A stretch of DNA of 63,951 nt, counting the filler, from Aduncisulcus paluster (lineage: Eukaryota), in the NCBI GenBank assembly GCA_024181965.1. It is 13 parts of 13 records of this genome, joined end to end, with 100 filler letters (N's around TTAATTAATTAA, not from the genome) between each part and the next. Parts side by side here need not be neighbours in the genome. Positions count along the whole stretch, not along the records: positions 6,975 to 13,744 come from BQXS01011999.1; positions 13,845 to 26,638 come from BQXS01012001.1; 11 more parts are not named here. One strand, given 5' to 3'. Position numbers and translations under genes: made by a program. This document shows positions 10,265-22,800 of this stretch, piece by piece; the stretch's first letter is position 1; the number at the start of each line of letters is the position of its first letter. A model generated the notes under the pieces. The model was given only the letters and a program-made list of their open reading frames with translations, ran no database searches and was not told where the DNA came from.

Positions 10265-12901
10265 ATGAATAAGCTTGATTTGAAACATCTTCAATCAACT
10301 CTTTTTCTTCCTGACGAGATGGACCTCAGAATACAAAAATTCCTGAAATTGAAGGAGAAGTATGTGGCTTCTCTCCCCCTTGGAAGAGAAGCCATTACCA
10401 TCGATCATAGCGGTATAGAATTTCCTGGTGTGGCCAATGTTACTACCCCTTATGATATTGCCGCCTCAATCAGCCCTCAATTTGCCGGGAAATGTTATGT
10501 CGCCAAGGTTGATGGCGTTCTTTGGAACATCAACACCCCCTTGGTGAAGTCATGTAAATTGGAGTTTCTTGGAGACGATACTCCCGAAGGTAAGGAAGTT
10601 TTTTGGCATTCTAGTGCTCACATTTTGGGATATGCAATGGAACAAATCTTTAAATGTGTTCTTGGTATTGGTCCCGCCATTGAAGATGGTTTCTATTATG
10701 ACGGTTTCATGCCCGATGGTCGCGGTATTTCTCAAACCGATTTTAAAGATGTCGAAGCTGCCTTTAAAAAGATTGTGAAGAAGAAGTATGTGGCTTCTCT
10801 CCCCCTTGGAAGAGAAGCCATTACCATCGATCATAGCGGTATAGAATTTCCTGGTGTGGCCAATGTTACTACCCCTTATGATATTGCCGCCTCAATCAGC
10901 CCTCAATTTGCCGGGAAATGTTATGTCGCCAAGGTTGATGGCGTTCTTTGGAACATCAACACCCCCTTGGTGAAGTCATGTAAATTGGAGTTTCTTGGAG
11001 ACGATACTCCCGAAGGTAAGGAAGTTTTTTGGCATTCTAGTGCTCACATTTTGGGATATGCAATGGAACAAATCTTTAAATGTGTTCTTGGTATTGGTCC
11101 CGCCATTGAAGATGGTTTCTATTATGACGGTTTCATGCCCGATGGTCGCGGTATTTCTCAAACCGATTTTAAAGATGTCGAAGCTGCCTTTAAAAAGATT
11201 GTGAAGAAGAAATATGTCTTCGAGAGGATCCTTGTTAACAAGGCTGATGCTTTGGATCTCTTCTCTTATTCTAAGTTCAAAATAGAGCTTATCTCTGAGA
11301 ATGTTGGTGAATCCGACCTTTGTTCCATCTATCGCTGTGGCGATTTCGTTGATTTCTGCAGAGGTCCCCATGTTCACGACACTGGTAGAATCAAAGCTTT
11401 TGCCTGTGCCAAATGTGGTGCTTCTTTCTGGAAAGGTGATGAAAAACGTGATTCTCTTCAAAGAATTACTGGTATTTCCTTCGCCAACCCGAAGGATTTG
11501 AAAGTTTGGAAGATTATGATTGAGGAGGCCAAACTCCGTAACCACAAGCGCCTTGGAATCCAACACGAGTTATTCTTCTTCCATGACCTTTCTCCAGGCA
11601 GTCCCTTCTTCCTCCCAGCTGGTACACATATCTACCACACCCTTCAGAACTTCATTCGTGAAAAGTACAGGAAGTATGGTTATGACGAGGTTAAAACACC
11701 CAACATCATGAACTCTGAGCTCTGGAAACAGTCTGGACATTGGGATCACTACAAAAAGAACATGTTTATTCTTGAGAAAGAAGAAGCTAAAGGAGAAGAA
11801 GAACCTCCATGTTTCAGCTGTGCTCCCATGAACTGTCCAAAGCATTGTCTCATGTTCAACTGGCGTTCTCGCAGTTACAAGGAGCTTCCATGGAGAGTTG
11901 CCGACTTTTGTGGCCTCCATAGGAACGAAAAGAGTGGTGCATTGACTGGACTTACCAGGGTCAGGAGATTCCAACAGGATGATGCCCACATTTTCTGTCT
12001 TCCAAGTCAAGTGAAGACCGAGATTAAAGGAGTTCTTGATTTCATTGAAGAAGTTTACGGAGTCTTTGGATTCTCTTTCTCTCTCGCTCTTTCCACGAGG
12101 GATCCTGACGATTTCATGGGTGAAGTCTCTGAATGGGACACTGCTGAGGCTCAGCTTGAGGAAGCATTGAAGGATTTCGGCAGACCTTTCGGAATCAACC
12201 CGAAGGATGGTGCTTTTTATGGGCCGAAGATTGATATTGAGTTGACTGATGCTCTCGGAAGAAAACATCAATGTGCCACCATTCAGTTGGATTTCCAGCT
12301 TCCTCGTCGGTTTGATTTGTCGGTTGATGTTCCACTGTCCGAGGCCGAGCTTGAAGAAGAGAAAAAGAGGGTTGAACTTCTCAAGAAAGAATGGGAAACC
12401 AAGCAAACAACAGAAGGCGGAGAGAAAGAGACTGAAGAAAAGGAAGGAGAGGAAGCCGAAGAGAAACCAGATTTCCGTATCCACCGTTCCCGTCCAGTTC
12501 GTCCAGTTATGGTCCATCGTGCTATCCTTGGTTCTGTTGAGAGATTCATGGCCATTCTTATTGAATCCACGGCATGCAAGTTCCCCCTTTGGGTATCTCC
12601 ACGCCAAGTCTGTGTTATCCCTGTTGGGAACAAATTCCTTGGATATGCCGAGCATGTGAAGACAAGGCTGTTTGATGCTGGTTTCCAAGTCGAAGTTGAT
12701 GACACTCCCGAAATGCTTAAAAAGAAAATTAGGAACGCCCAGTTAAGACAATTTAACTATATTCTTGTAGTTGGTGCTTCAGAAGAAGAGGAGGAGAGTG
12801 TCAATGTACGTACAAGGTCTAACGTTGTCGAAGGAACCATGAAACTTGTTGATTTCATTGAAAGATGCGAGAAGGAAATCAAGGAAAGGAAAATGGAGTA
12901 A
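10265..12901 (+). CDS. TARS1: Threonyl-tRNA synthetase (cytosolic type) with a tandemly duplicated TGS/N2 segment
   Basis: TGS domain, HSSAHILG and DFCRGPH editing motifs, PMNCP zinc motif, LTRVRRFQQDDAHIFC motif 2, AFYGPKID, RPVMVHRAILGSVERF, and the anticodon-binding domain. Confidence 0.97.
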   Translation: MNKLDLKHLQSTLFLPDEMDLRIQKFLKLKEKYVASLPLGREAITIDHSGIEFPGVANVTTPYDIAASISPQFAGKCYVAKVDGVLWNINTPLVKSCKLEFLGDDTPEGKEVFWHSSAHILGYAMEQIFKCVLGIGPAIEDGFYYDGFMPDGRGISQTDFKDVEAAFKKIVKKKYVASLPLGREAITIDHSGIEFPGVANVTTPYDIAASISPQFAGKCYVAKVDGVLWNINTPLVKSCKLEFLGDDTPEGKEVFWHSSAHILGYAMEQIFKCVLGIGPAIEDGFYYDGFMPDGRGISQTDFKDVEAAFKKIVKKKYVFERILVNKADALDLFSYSKFKIELISENVGESDLCSIYRCGDFVDFCRGPHVHDTGRIKAFACAKCGASFWKGDEKRDSLQRITGISFANPKDLKVWKIMIEEAKLRNHKRLGIQHELFFFHDLSPGSPFFLPAGTHIYHTLQNFIREKYRKYGYDEVKTPNIMNSELWKQSGHWDHYKKNMFILEKEEAKGEEEPPCFSCAPMNCPKHCLMFNWRSRSYKELPWRVADFCGLHRNEKSGALTGLTRVRRFQQDDAHIFCLPSQVKTEIKGVLDFIEEVYGVFGFSFSLALSTRDPDDFMGEVSEWDTAEAQLEEALKDFGRPFGINPKDGAFYGPKIDIELTDALGRKHQCATIQLDFQLPRRFDLSVDVPLSEAELEEEKKRVELLKKEWETKQTTEGGEKETEEKEGEEAEEKPDFRIHRSRPVRPVMVHRAILGSVERFMAILIESTACKFPLWVSPRQVCVIPVGNKFLGYAEHVKTRLFDAGFQVEVDDTPEMLKKKIRNAQLRQFNYILVVGASEEEEESVNVRTRSNVVEGTMKLVDFIERCEKEIKERKME
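10356..11211 (+). repeat. Exact 426-bp in-frame tandem duplication inside ThrRS
   Basis: 10356-10785 equals 10782-11211 (142 aa, KYVASLPLG...KKIVKK), with no N gap at the junction. Confidence 0.95.
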
Positions 12902-13129
12902 TCAATGTCTTGATACACCTACGAATAAACCATTTAACTACTCGACAGAATTGATTCTATATCACACCAAAGCTGCTCAATAATAGAACCAATATTCCAA
13001 AAAAGAAAGTAAAATCTAATGTGTTTTTAATATTATATTGAAATTTGAACGGCGCGGTGTGATTTTAGCCATATTTCCATGATTTATTTTTTTTTTATCA
13101 TTTTTTTCCGCTAGTGGTTGTTTTCGAAA

Positions 13130-13744
13130 ATGGAAGAATTATTAAAGGAATTGCATGAATCCGATATCGAAAAAGTTTTGCATATTACCATTCGTTTAAA
13201 AAATTATATTATTACTCAATGGGATAGCGTGTCTGATCATGATCGCCGTCTGTTCCGAAATAATATCCTACCGATTTTATTTAAATATGGAAGGGAAAAA
13301 AAATTAAGATCATTGTTGGAAGAAATTATTGGATTTGTCAGTGACTGTGATTTCCCCGATAATTGGCCAGATCTCATTGACAATCTTGGGAAAAAATGCG
13401 AATCTGCCATTTCATTGAGTACCCCAGAAGAGTGTGAGATAGTATTTATTGCTGTTGAAACTGTTGAATCTATCACTGCATCATACTGCCAAAGAGAAGA
13501 AAGTGTTCAAATAGTGATGCAAATTAAGCCCGTTGTGTCAGAATTTGCCCCTAAATTATTGTATTTGCTCAAAAAACTTCTTGATCCGCGGACATCAATT
13601 GATCCAACCCTCTCTCTCTCTATTCTCAAGTCTATCGTCAACATCTCAAAATCTATTTTTTTCCATGATATTCCGCACGAATATTTAGAGAATCTTGATA
13701 TGTTTTTCAAGTATTTAATCTTTATTATCAATGAGATTCCCCTT
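13130..13744 (+). CDS. CSE1: Exportin-2/Cse1-like karyopherin (importin-beta N-terminal domain), 3'-partial
   Basis: IRLKNYIITQW, CDFPDNWPDLI and HDIPHEYLENLD resemble the IBN_N and Cse1 (QDLPEFFEDN) motifs. Start is in aaaATG context. Confidence 0.65.
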
Positions 13745-13844
13745 NNNNNNNNNNNNNNNNNNNNNNNNNNNNNNNNNNNNNNNNNNNNTTAATTAATTAA
13801 NNNNNNNNNNNNNNNNNNNNNNNNNNNNNNNNNNNNNNNNNNNN

Positions 13845-16800
13845 ATCTGAAGTGGACTGACACCCCAATTGTGAAGCCTGGTAATGGTATCAGCTACAAA
13901 CCCGATCTCTTTGATTTTTCTAAATTTAACAGCCCCAGCATAGAGATATTGAATATACATGTTAACAGCCTTGACAGCTTCAACACCCCTTTGTTTGCAC
14001 CCAAAGACTAAATCGACCCAATTGTTGATATTGTTGGCAGAAAGATCACACTCCAAGGAATTTGACATGGTGGAAATAAATTCATCGGTATTATGACTCC
14101 AAGACGGTAAGTGAACGTCAGAAACGGATACTAATTGTTTCGTTGTTGTCACTGATGTTGATTGTTTCTTTGACTTATCTCTATCATCCTCACTTCTGAG
14201 AGCTTCTTTCTCAATCAATCCGAAATCAACGTTGTTGAGACCTTGGAAGACCTCAGGAAGTGAAAAGAATTCGGGAACAAGCTCTCCGACACTCTGTTTG
14301 TGATAAATTGCATTACTTTCCCAGAATCTCGGAACAGAGAAGAACAATCGTCCAGTGTGATCAATCCTTCGATCTGAAATGGCCCTATGGATGGATAAGA
14401 AAGGCTCCAATCGAATCATGGAGAGTGGTGGTAAAGCTGAATGCATGAAATACGTTCCATAATGATACGGTCCATGTTCAATCGCACACTCCTCAGTGTC
14501 GATATAACGTTGTTTAAAGAATTCAAGACGATCTTCTCCCTGGGCTCCCATTGGTTTTCTGAAATCCCTGAACATGTCAAGGATAGTGACGCTGTCCGAC
14601 TGTTTTCCACTCCCATCAAGACGAATCCACTCAGCATCACGGTAGAGCTTCAAAGTCCAAGGGAATGACGGATATTGACTCGTATCCAGGAAAGAACGAC
14701 CGGAAAGGGTGTTAAGTTCCATGATAAAATCATGAACACTTATCTTGGCTTGCGAGAACATCTTTAAGAGGTGTCCAATGTAAGCAGATGTAGTTTTAAA
14801 AGGAAGATGGAGCTCGTCAATGTGGTTATAAGAAATGTACTTGTTCACATAATCTTGTTTGTCACGTTGCTTCAAGGAGAACATACCACTGGGCGACAAT
14901 GTCTCATGGGTGGAAGGCATGAGGGAGTGTGAGACAGATGGTTCATTGTGAGAGAATATGAATTGAAGATTGGTTTTCATCCCACTTCCATTCAAGTCGA
15001 ATACACTCTCAATAATTCCATGGGAAAAGGTATCTCTATCTTGTTTGTTATTGAAAACACAGAAAATACCCTGACCTCCGAGGAAGAACATCTCAAGAGC
15101 AAAAGGTTGTTGACACGAACATCTGTCAAAAATATGCGTTAAACTCGCAAGATCGTAGGTTTGTGTGCTTGGGATTGTGTAATTTTCAAATTCAAGAGCT
15201 GTTGAACGGGCAATTCGTCCAAGAACATCCCGAGTCCACATAATCTTCTCCTCAGATGTGTTTTGACCTGCTGACCCGGTATTATTATTTGTCTCATGAA
15301 TACTTGACACCACACCCATCCCTACGTATCCATATTCCCTTCCAATCCTCTCCATTGCCCCTAAACAACTTCCAACACTTATCCCATCTTGCTGGAGCAT
15401 TCTCTTGAGACGAATTCTCATCTTCTGAGTGAAGGATGATTGTTGAAGGACATCGGCAGACACGGCAGCGGCGTGGAGTTCTATTCTGGTCTGGTCTGCT
15501 CGACATAACGATTCAAATACATTCAAAGCTCCTTTTCTTCGTCTACTCCGAAGCCAATCACCAGCCACACTCCAATACAATGAAGAAAGGAATGAGAAAT
15601 GTGAGAAAGGAGCAGGATGTTGTTCATTGACGTGCGTTTGTTGTCTTTCTGCTTTGGGTGATGCCACGGAAGAAGAGAGACTTGATGAAGGAGGAAGGGA
15701 GAGATCAGGTTTCTTTGGAGGAGCTTTATGCTTAACTGGCTCCTTTAATTCACTCAAACTGGGTGGATGAGGATACTTGGTCACATTCAGACAGTGTGAC
15801 GGAGTTATTTCTACTCTTCCTCTATGAGAGTGAAGCTGAGCAATCAAAACAACATCGGCAGCCCTCGAGGTTGCTGGAGATTGGTTCCAATTCGTTTCGT
15901 AATCGTAATTATTCTTCCTCTTTATACTATGAGGTCGAAGAGGGCAATTATCATCCGAAATAGCCTCGAAACTGGTATAATTCCACAGAATATCCCGATT
16001 ATTTCTAAACCCCTGGGCCAGTTTATCCACAGATGTTCCATATTTCTCAGCAAGAGAGGAGAGAGAAGGATTTCCAGGAATTGGAACGAACACAATATCA
16101 TTACTGAATCTCCACCCCAATCTTCTCCTTTTCCTTCCCTTCAATTCAACGCAACTCACAGAAACATATCTCTTCCGAATTAACACACAAACACAACACA
16201 CACATTCTTCATCAGAGAGTTCAGTGATAACAGAGTCTCCATCGGAAGATAGCGAATCATTGATTATGCGGGTGAGATTTGAGGATCCAACGGAGTCTTG
16301 CATAGATTTAAGCGCTTTAATCTCAGAGAAAGGTACCATTTCAACCCATGCACCACACACACGTGCCTGTTCATCGTGCGAATCCAATATTCTTTGTACT
16401 TTATGAATGCTCATCCACACAATTGAGTCGGAAAGAGATCGAGTGGCTGAGAATAACCGAGGGAACTTGGGGAGACACCATCCATCAGAATCCTTTCCAT
16501 TATATTCCTCCTCTTTTCCGCATCTAAACACACATCCAGAAAGCTTTGAAGGAAACACAGGCGAAGACGATGCCAAAAAGAATGAGGAGTGTGATTTGAC
16601 TCGTTCTTTCTCAGCATTGAAGACAATCCACTCATACGGAGTAAGTTGGAAATCATTCTCGATTGGAACTGAGCCCGGAGAGTTGTGTAAGTGGATAGAG
16701 GGCACCTTAGAAGGGGAAGTACGATTAGAACCAGACATACTTAGGGGAGACATGGGTGAAGAAGCTGAGATAGACTTCTTACGAGTCTGTTTTTGTCTCT

Positions 16801-19800
16801 TCTTCTTTTCTTTCTTCCGTGACAACTTTTCGTGATCATCCTTTTGGTGTTTTGATTGTCTAATTCCCACCATTGACTTGTTTGACTTGTTCTCAATCAC
16901 ACCGGCAAGACTCGATAATAATAACAAAATTCCGTACTTACCACATGAAGATCTTCTCTTGAAATTCTGGGACATGACCCCGGAAAGGAAGAAGGAAAGT
17001 TCACTGAGGGAAGATGGAGCAGCTGGAGAAGATGGGAGACATATGAGAATGAACAAGAGTTGTGTTAAGGTGTCCATAGGAAACAGAGACAGAAGGTACA
17101 ACGAATAATACTCAGAATCAAGCGAAGAAGGAAGGACAGCAGCTTTTGATGCCTTGATCTCTGATGCTGGTGCAAACGGATCAATATCTTCAATTTCAGA
17201 CTCAATAGAAACATCTTCAGGTTGAACAGCTTTCTGCTCTTCCTTCATATGCTTGAATAACTCAAGTTCAGAGTAAATCCAATCAATAATAGGGATCCAG
17301 ACCTCTTTTCCATGTTCAATGATCTTCTTTTTGAGATTGGAGAAGTGTNNNNNNNNNNNNNNNNNNNNAACAAGAGTTGTGTTAAGGTGTCCATAGGAAA
17401 CAGAGACAGAAGGTACAACGAATAATACTCAGAATCAAGCGAAGAAGGAAGGACAGCAGCTTTTGATGCCTTGATCTCTGATGCTGGTGCAAACGGATCA
17501 ATATCTTCAATTTCAGACTCAATAGAAACATCTTCAGGTTGAACAGCTTTCTGCTCTTCCTTCATATGCTTGAATAACTCAAGTTCAGAGTAAATCCAAT
17601 CAATAATAGGGATCCAGACCTCTTTTCCATGTTCAATGATCTTCTTTTTGAGATTGGAGAAGTGTTCAGAAAGAGATAAAGATGAATCATTTCCCCCATC
17701 TGATTCCTCTTCTTCTTCAACCATTCTGTCACCCTCATAACGTCCGTCAAGACGTAAAGATCCTTCAATGCTCTCGCCCAGAAGTTGCTGTAACATTTTA
17801 CCAGCACCTGTGTTTCCATTGGTAAAGGCTAAAATGATAAGAGCAAGAGGAAGAAACACTGGAAGCTGGAAACAAGTATTTAAGCTTGGTTTTGACATCA
17901 CAGGACCATCGCTCAGTTGCCTTGCCCTCAACATCTCTACCTCAGTCTTCTGTTTGTTTGTGAATATTTCTTCAATGGAGGTTAAGACTTGATGACACAT
18001 TCCAAAAATGAGCCAGGACCCAAACAATTCAATATGAACGAACAAGTGAAGAGAAAGAGGGAATTGAGAGAGGAGAGATATTGAAGGAACAAGAAGATCA
18101 TCTCTATTTGAATGTGGTATCGCATGAGCTTGAGCTGGGACCAATTCAGGATCTATCATGGGTTCTGATGGATGTTCAACGAACGCCTGTTCTTTGTGGA
18201 GTGGTTGAGAACCCTCACATTTAACAACATAAAGAATGAAAGCAATGCATGTCTGTGTGAAAGAATTGCTAGCACCACCGTATCCAACAATATTATCAAG
18301 CCTTCTCCGACTGATTCCACTCCCGCATACCCGTCCAAACAAACCTGGAATCGAGTCTTGTTTGGTTTTGTTCAGCGTAAGGCTCCGGGATAACGATGAA
18401 TTTGAATGGACTGGTGAACTTGGCAGGGCGTTTCCCTTATATCTTGAAATGGGCGTATGTTGAGGTGTCCCACGTTTCCCAAGTCTTGTTGACTCTCTTC
18501 TATACATCATTCCATGTGCGTGAGATCGTTGAATGCTGATTGTACTCTTCCTTTCTTTGCGGATAGCTTCATCGACAAGTGAATCGAGTCGCTTAATTAC
18601 ATTTACAAGGATCATTGGTAAATCAGCATCTTTCTCAATTGTGCCAATAATTTCTTGGTGTTCCAGAATGATCTTTCTGACGGATGAGAATGTTGGGAAA
18701 GAAAATAAAGCAGGCGATACATCAAGAGAACGTGATTCTGTGAATACAGCACTTAGAACGGTTGTAGAAAAACAAACAGAAAACATCCTTTTATGGAACA
18801 CATGCAATTCTGGAGGCATTGAATTGTCTTGAAGTTGAAGAACAAGAGAAGCAATAACTTCACGCGCGATTGGGAAGTTAGCAAAAGAAAAGAATGAAAT
18901 GGAAGAGAGCAAGAAATGGAGCGAATCAATATTTGATGACTCAGAAGATGACAACGAGAGGAATTGAAGATCTTTAAAAAGACCATTTAAAGTTACACCA
19001 CAGTCTCCCTGACCTATTTCCTGATCTTTATCCTTATTATTGTCGGGACTTGCGAACATCCAATGCAGTATTGTTGGATATTGACGTTTGTTTTGGGATG
19101 AAGTGTCAGATAGATCATCATCATCTCGTGAAGAAACTTCCCTGGTCTCTTCCTCTGGATCATGTGATGGTGTACATGCACGAACAGTTGTTTCTAGCAG
19201 CAGGAACGATGCTGATGATACAACCATACAAATGTACAACCTTGTAATCGTTTGCAAGTCTTGGAATTGTAAAATCACACCTCTCGAGAGAAGAGGAGAA
19301 ATATCTTTGAGTTCGATTGGTGGAACAGATGAATGTGGAAGAGCAGAAGTGGAAATGGAATCTTCTGTAACGATGGCATCAATGTCTTTGTCTGGCTGCG
19401 CAATGGAAGAAGAAACCGGATGTTGATCGTCTGGTTTCTTGTCTTGTTGGGATGAAGATGTTTCCAAATGTTTATCCTCATTATCTTGGAAGTATCTAAT
19501 AGCTTGTTGCGAAATCTCAAGACCTCCGAGGAAAGATAAACATGATTGTGGTTGAACGTGGGACAAACGAATAGATATTTGGACAAAAAGACACAAAAGG
19601 ATTGTGATATGATCATCCTCTTTCCCTTTTTCCTTCAGAACATCAATGTATGACTCTTCAATGTTCTTCAAAAGCTCCCTAAATCTCCATTCACACATAA
19701 TAGCTATCCCACATATAATACCCATAATGGTACACACGTGACACGAATCATCGGTACTGTCATCGGCAGAGAAAGATGTCTTCAGTCCATTGTCATGATA

Positions 19801-22800
19801 CTTGTCCGAAAATAGAACATTCCTCAAAGATGAGAAAATAGGGTTGGAATCTAAAGAGGAAGATAAGGATAAAGTGTTCATTTGTTCCAGGTTCCCAGGA
19901 GCGATAGCAAGTAACTTGAGCAAGGATACCCCTATCATCTGTAAACTTGAGAAGTGGTGCAAGAACATAGTTCTGGAATGGTCAATTGATCCTTTAATCA
20001 TGTCAGAATTACCTTGTATCTGCGATATCTTCACATCCTTGATCATTCTCTGCACAATGCTAATCATGGACTCACATGCAGATCCCATGAACAATACGAT
20101 CCCACCCATATCTTCAACCGAAGCAAGATCCCTCTCTTTCCCTAAAGAACATGTCAGCGAGGACAACGAAGACATTTCATTGGAAGGAGAAGGGGAACGA
20201 GACGCTGTAAAAGCCGATGGTGTAGAAATATCCATTGAATGCATGTTCTGACCCCTTGAAAGAGTAGGAAGAGGAGTGGATTTTGTCGACTGTGGAGGAA
20301 TAATCGACTCAGGACTACTTATATCGCTGGATATCACGGAATAATCAGATTTCTTGGTATCATCAGTGTATGAAGCCATCTGAATCGTCTCTATTCTCCC
20401 TCGTTTCCTTCCTCTTCGACCTCCTTCAATAACTATATGCAATGGTGCACTATTCTCTCCCCTCTCATAGGCACATTGGGCAAGATATAATGAAGTGAGA
20501 GTCGTTTTTGCAACAGATGACACCATTTTGAACCCAGACATACCACATGAGCTTGAAAATGACAAGAAAGAGGGAGAAGGAAGCAAGAAAGTGTTGTACA
20601 ATGAGATATCTGTGGTGTGATCAACCATAGATGAGCATAAAGAAGGTTTGACAAGATCAGAGAGTCGGGCAGGTGGCATTGCTGATGACACTAAGCAAGA
20701 GGAAAGCAGAAGAGATATGGTTTGAGGATGGAGTAAAAGGTCATCTGAAGCAAAGATTCGCTGGAGGGTACGAGGTTTCTCAACAAATACAGATGAGGAG
20801 AGATCAACGATTGATTGATAATCGGATTCAATTATCTTTCCTTTACCATCGACAGTTTGAGATGTTGGATCATCATATAAAGTCGGCGGAGAGGATGTAA
20901 ATACTTCTTGGGCCAAAGTTGAGGATTGGGGTGAGAAAGAAGACGAATCCTCAGCAATGGGGGAGTGAAGATTATCATGACGATGCTGGGCTAAGGGTGA
21001 CAAAATAGCTTGCCCTNNNNNNNNNNNNNNNNNNNNTTCTCAACAAATACAGATGAGGAGAGATCAACGATTGATTGATAATCGGATTCAATTATCTTTC
21101 CTTTACCATCGACAGTTTGAGATGTTGGATCATCATATAAAGTCGGCGGAGAGGATGTAAATACTTCTTGGGCCAAATTTGAGGATTGGGGTGAGAAAGA
21201 AGACGAATCCTCAGCAATGGGGGAGTGAAGATTATCATGACGATGCTGGGCTAAGGGTGACAAAATAGCTTGCCCTGTTACAGGTTGTTCAAAACTAGCG
21301 TGACTTTCAGGGAGAATCGGTGTGTTATCTTTAGAAATCGGAGTGGGCAATTCCTCAAGCACAACACCTGAATGATTGGCAGATATGTTCTGCTTCTTAC
21401 CATTTCCACTCAGTCCAATAGTACCATGTTTGGAAGTTTGAAAGAATAATTCATTCATCATTGAACTCGGAATCGAAGATTTAGTCCCCGTCGCATCTCC
21501 AATACACAGTAGACTCTTGATAACTCCCTGCAAGAGAAGGATAGAGAGAGATGGAAAGCCAGGAGATGAAGATGTGGCACTTTGATCAACAAGATCTGTT
21601 CCTTTCTCATCTTGTTCAATCATTCTCAAAGATCTATAAATAGTCACAGCTGATTCACATAATACTTTCATTGGCAAGATCCGAATGATCTCATTGAGCA
21701 AAACATCAGGGAGGATGGAAGACTCAAGGATGGGTGATACGATGGAACTAAAGGAAGAGGAAGAAGAAGAGGAGGCAAATGACTGAGCAGAAGTGAAAGA
21801 GGCGACTGAAGTCCCAGAAAATGACGGCGGAGACATGATACTATCAAGAGTGGCATCAAGAGATGATCCAGAAATTGCCGAGGAAGAGAAAGAGGAGGAA
21901 GAAGATCCTATTCCTGAGAAAGTAGGTGAAAGGAATGAAGCATCCTTTCCCATGCCATTGAATCCCTTTCCATGGGGAGATTCGACGGTATCTCCAAATA
22001 CTCTGACCCGAGAAGCCATTGAGAGTGTGTCAGGAGAATCATTAGCGATCGAAGATCCAAATAGCTCAGTGTCTCCACTCTCCCCATCTCTTCTATCGAC
22101 ATTCGTGATCCCCTCGAGAATTCTATTCATAAGAACAGAAACTTGCTCCGGATGTTGTGATATTCCGTTGACAGCAGAATGCAGGGAAAAGAGAAGGAAA
22201 GAAAGGTAATGGAATAACAGAGAATGCAGGAAAAGAGGTTTATGATTATTCAAATGTTTGGAATCATCATTAGTGCTGTGCACCGCTTCAATCAAACTCT
22301 CCTCATTTTCTTGCTCTTGTAATTCTTTCTTTTCATCGAGAATTGAAGAAAATCCAGACACACACTCATGTAATATAGTGCTAAATTCCATCAAGAAACT
22401 CAATTCACTCTGCAAGGATAACCTACATCGGAGTATAAAGAAAGGATTCGTGTCAAGAGAGAAGTCATCAAGTGGGGACATTTCATTAGTGTATGAGTTC
22501 GAACGATAACCATCAATCCCATCTCCAAGGTCTTTTCCCCTCTGTTCCTCGCCATCTATTCCATCAAGAAGGGCCTCCCTGTCCAGTTCTCCTTGTGAGT
22601 GAGTCGAAAGGTTGATACCAAGGTCTGAATTCGACTCAGAATAAATACCAATCAAGTTAGAACTCAAGCCACATATAGAAAACAATGATGGCGGGAGATA
22701 GAATCTGAGTAGAGAGAGAGGGAGAAGCGTTTGGAGGAACAAGAAGAGGGAGAGTTGGAGAGAGAGAGGAGAGTGAAGAGAGAAACGATCTGGGATCGAT

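Noticed and set aside
11570..12688. 372-aa antisense ORF within ThrRS, and other antisense or shadow ORFs
   Set aside because: Shadows of codon bias in the real genes on the opposite strand; no independent motifs.
12899..12901. Alternative genetic code (TAA/TAG as Gln)
   Set aside because: Conserved genes (ThrRS, AP sigma, Vps39) end at TAA or TAG at the expected positions, and long ORFs have no internal TAR codons.
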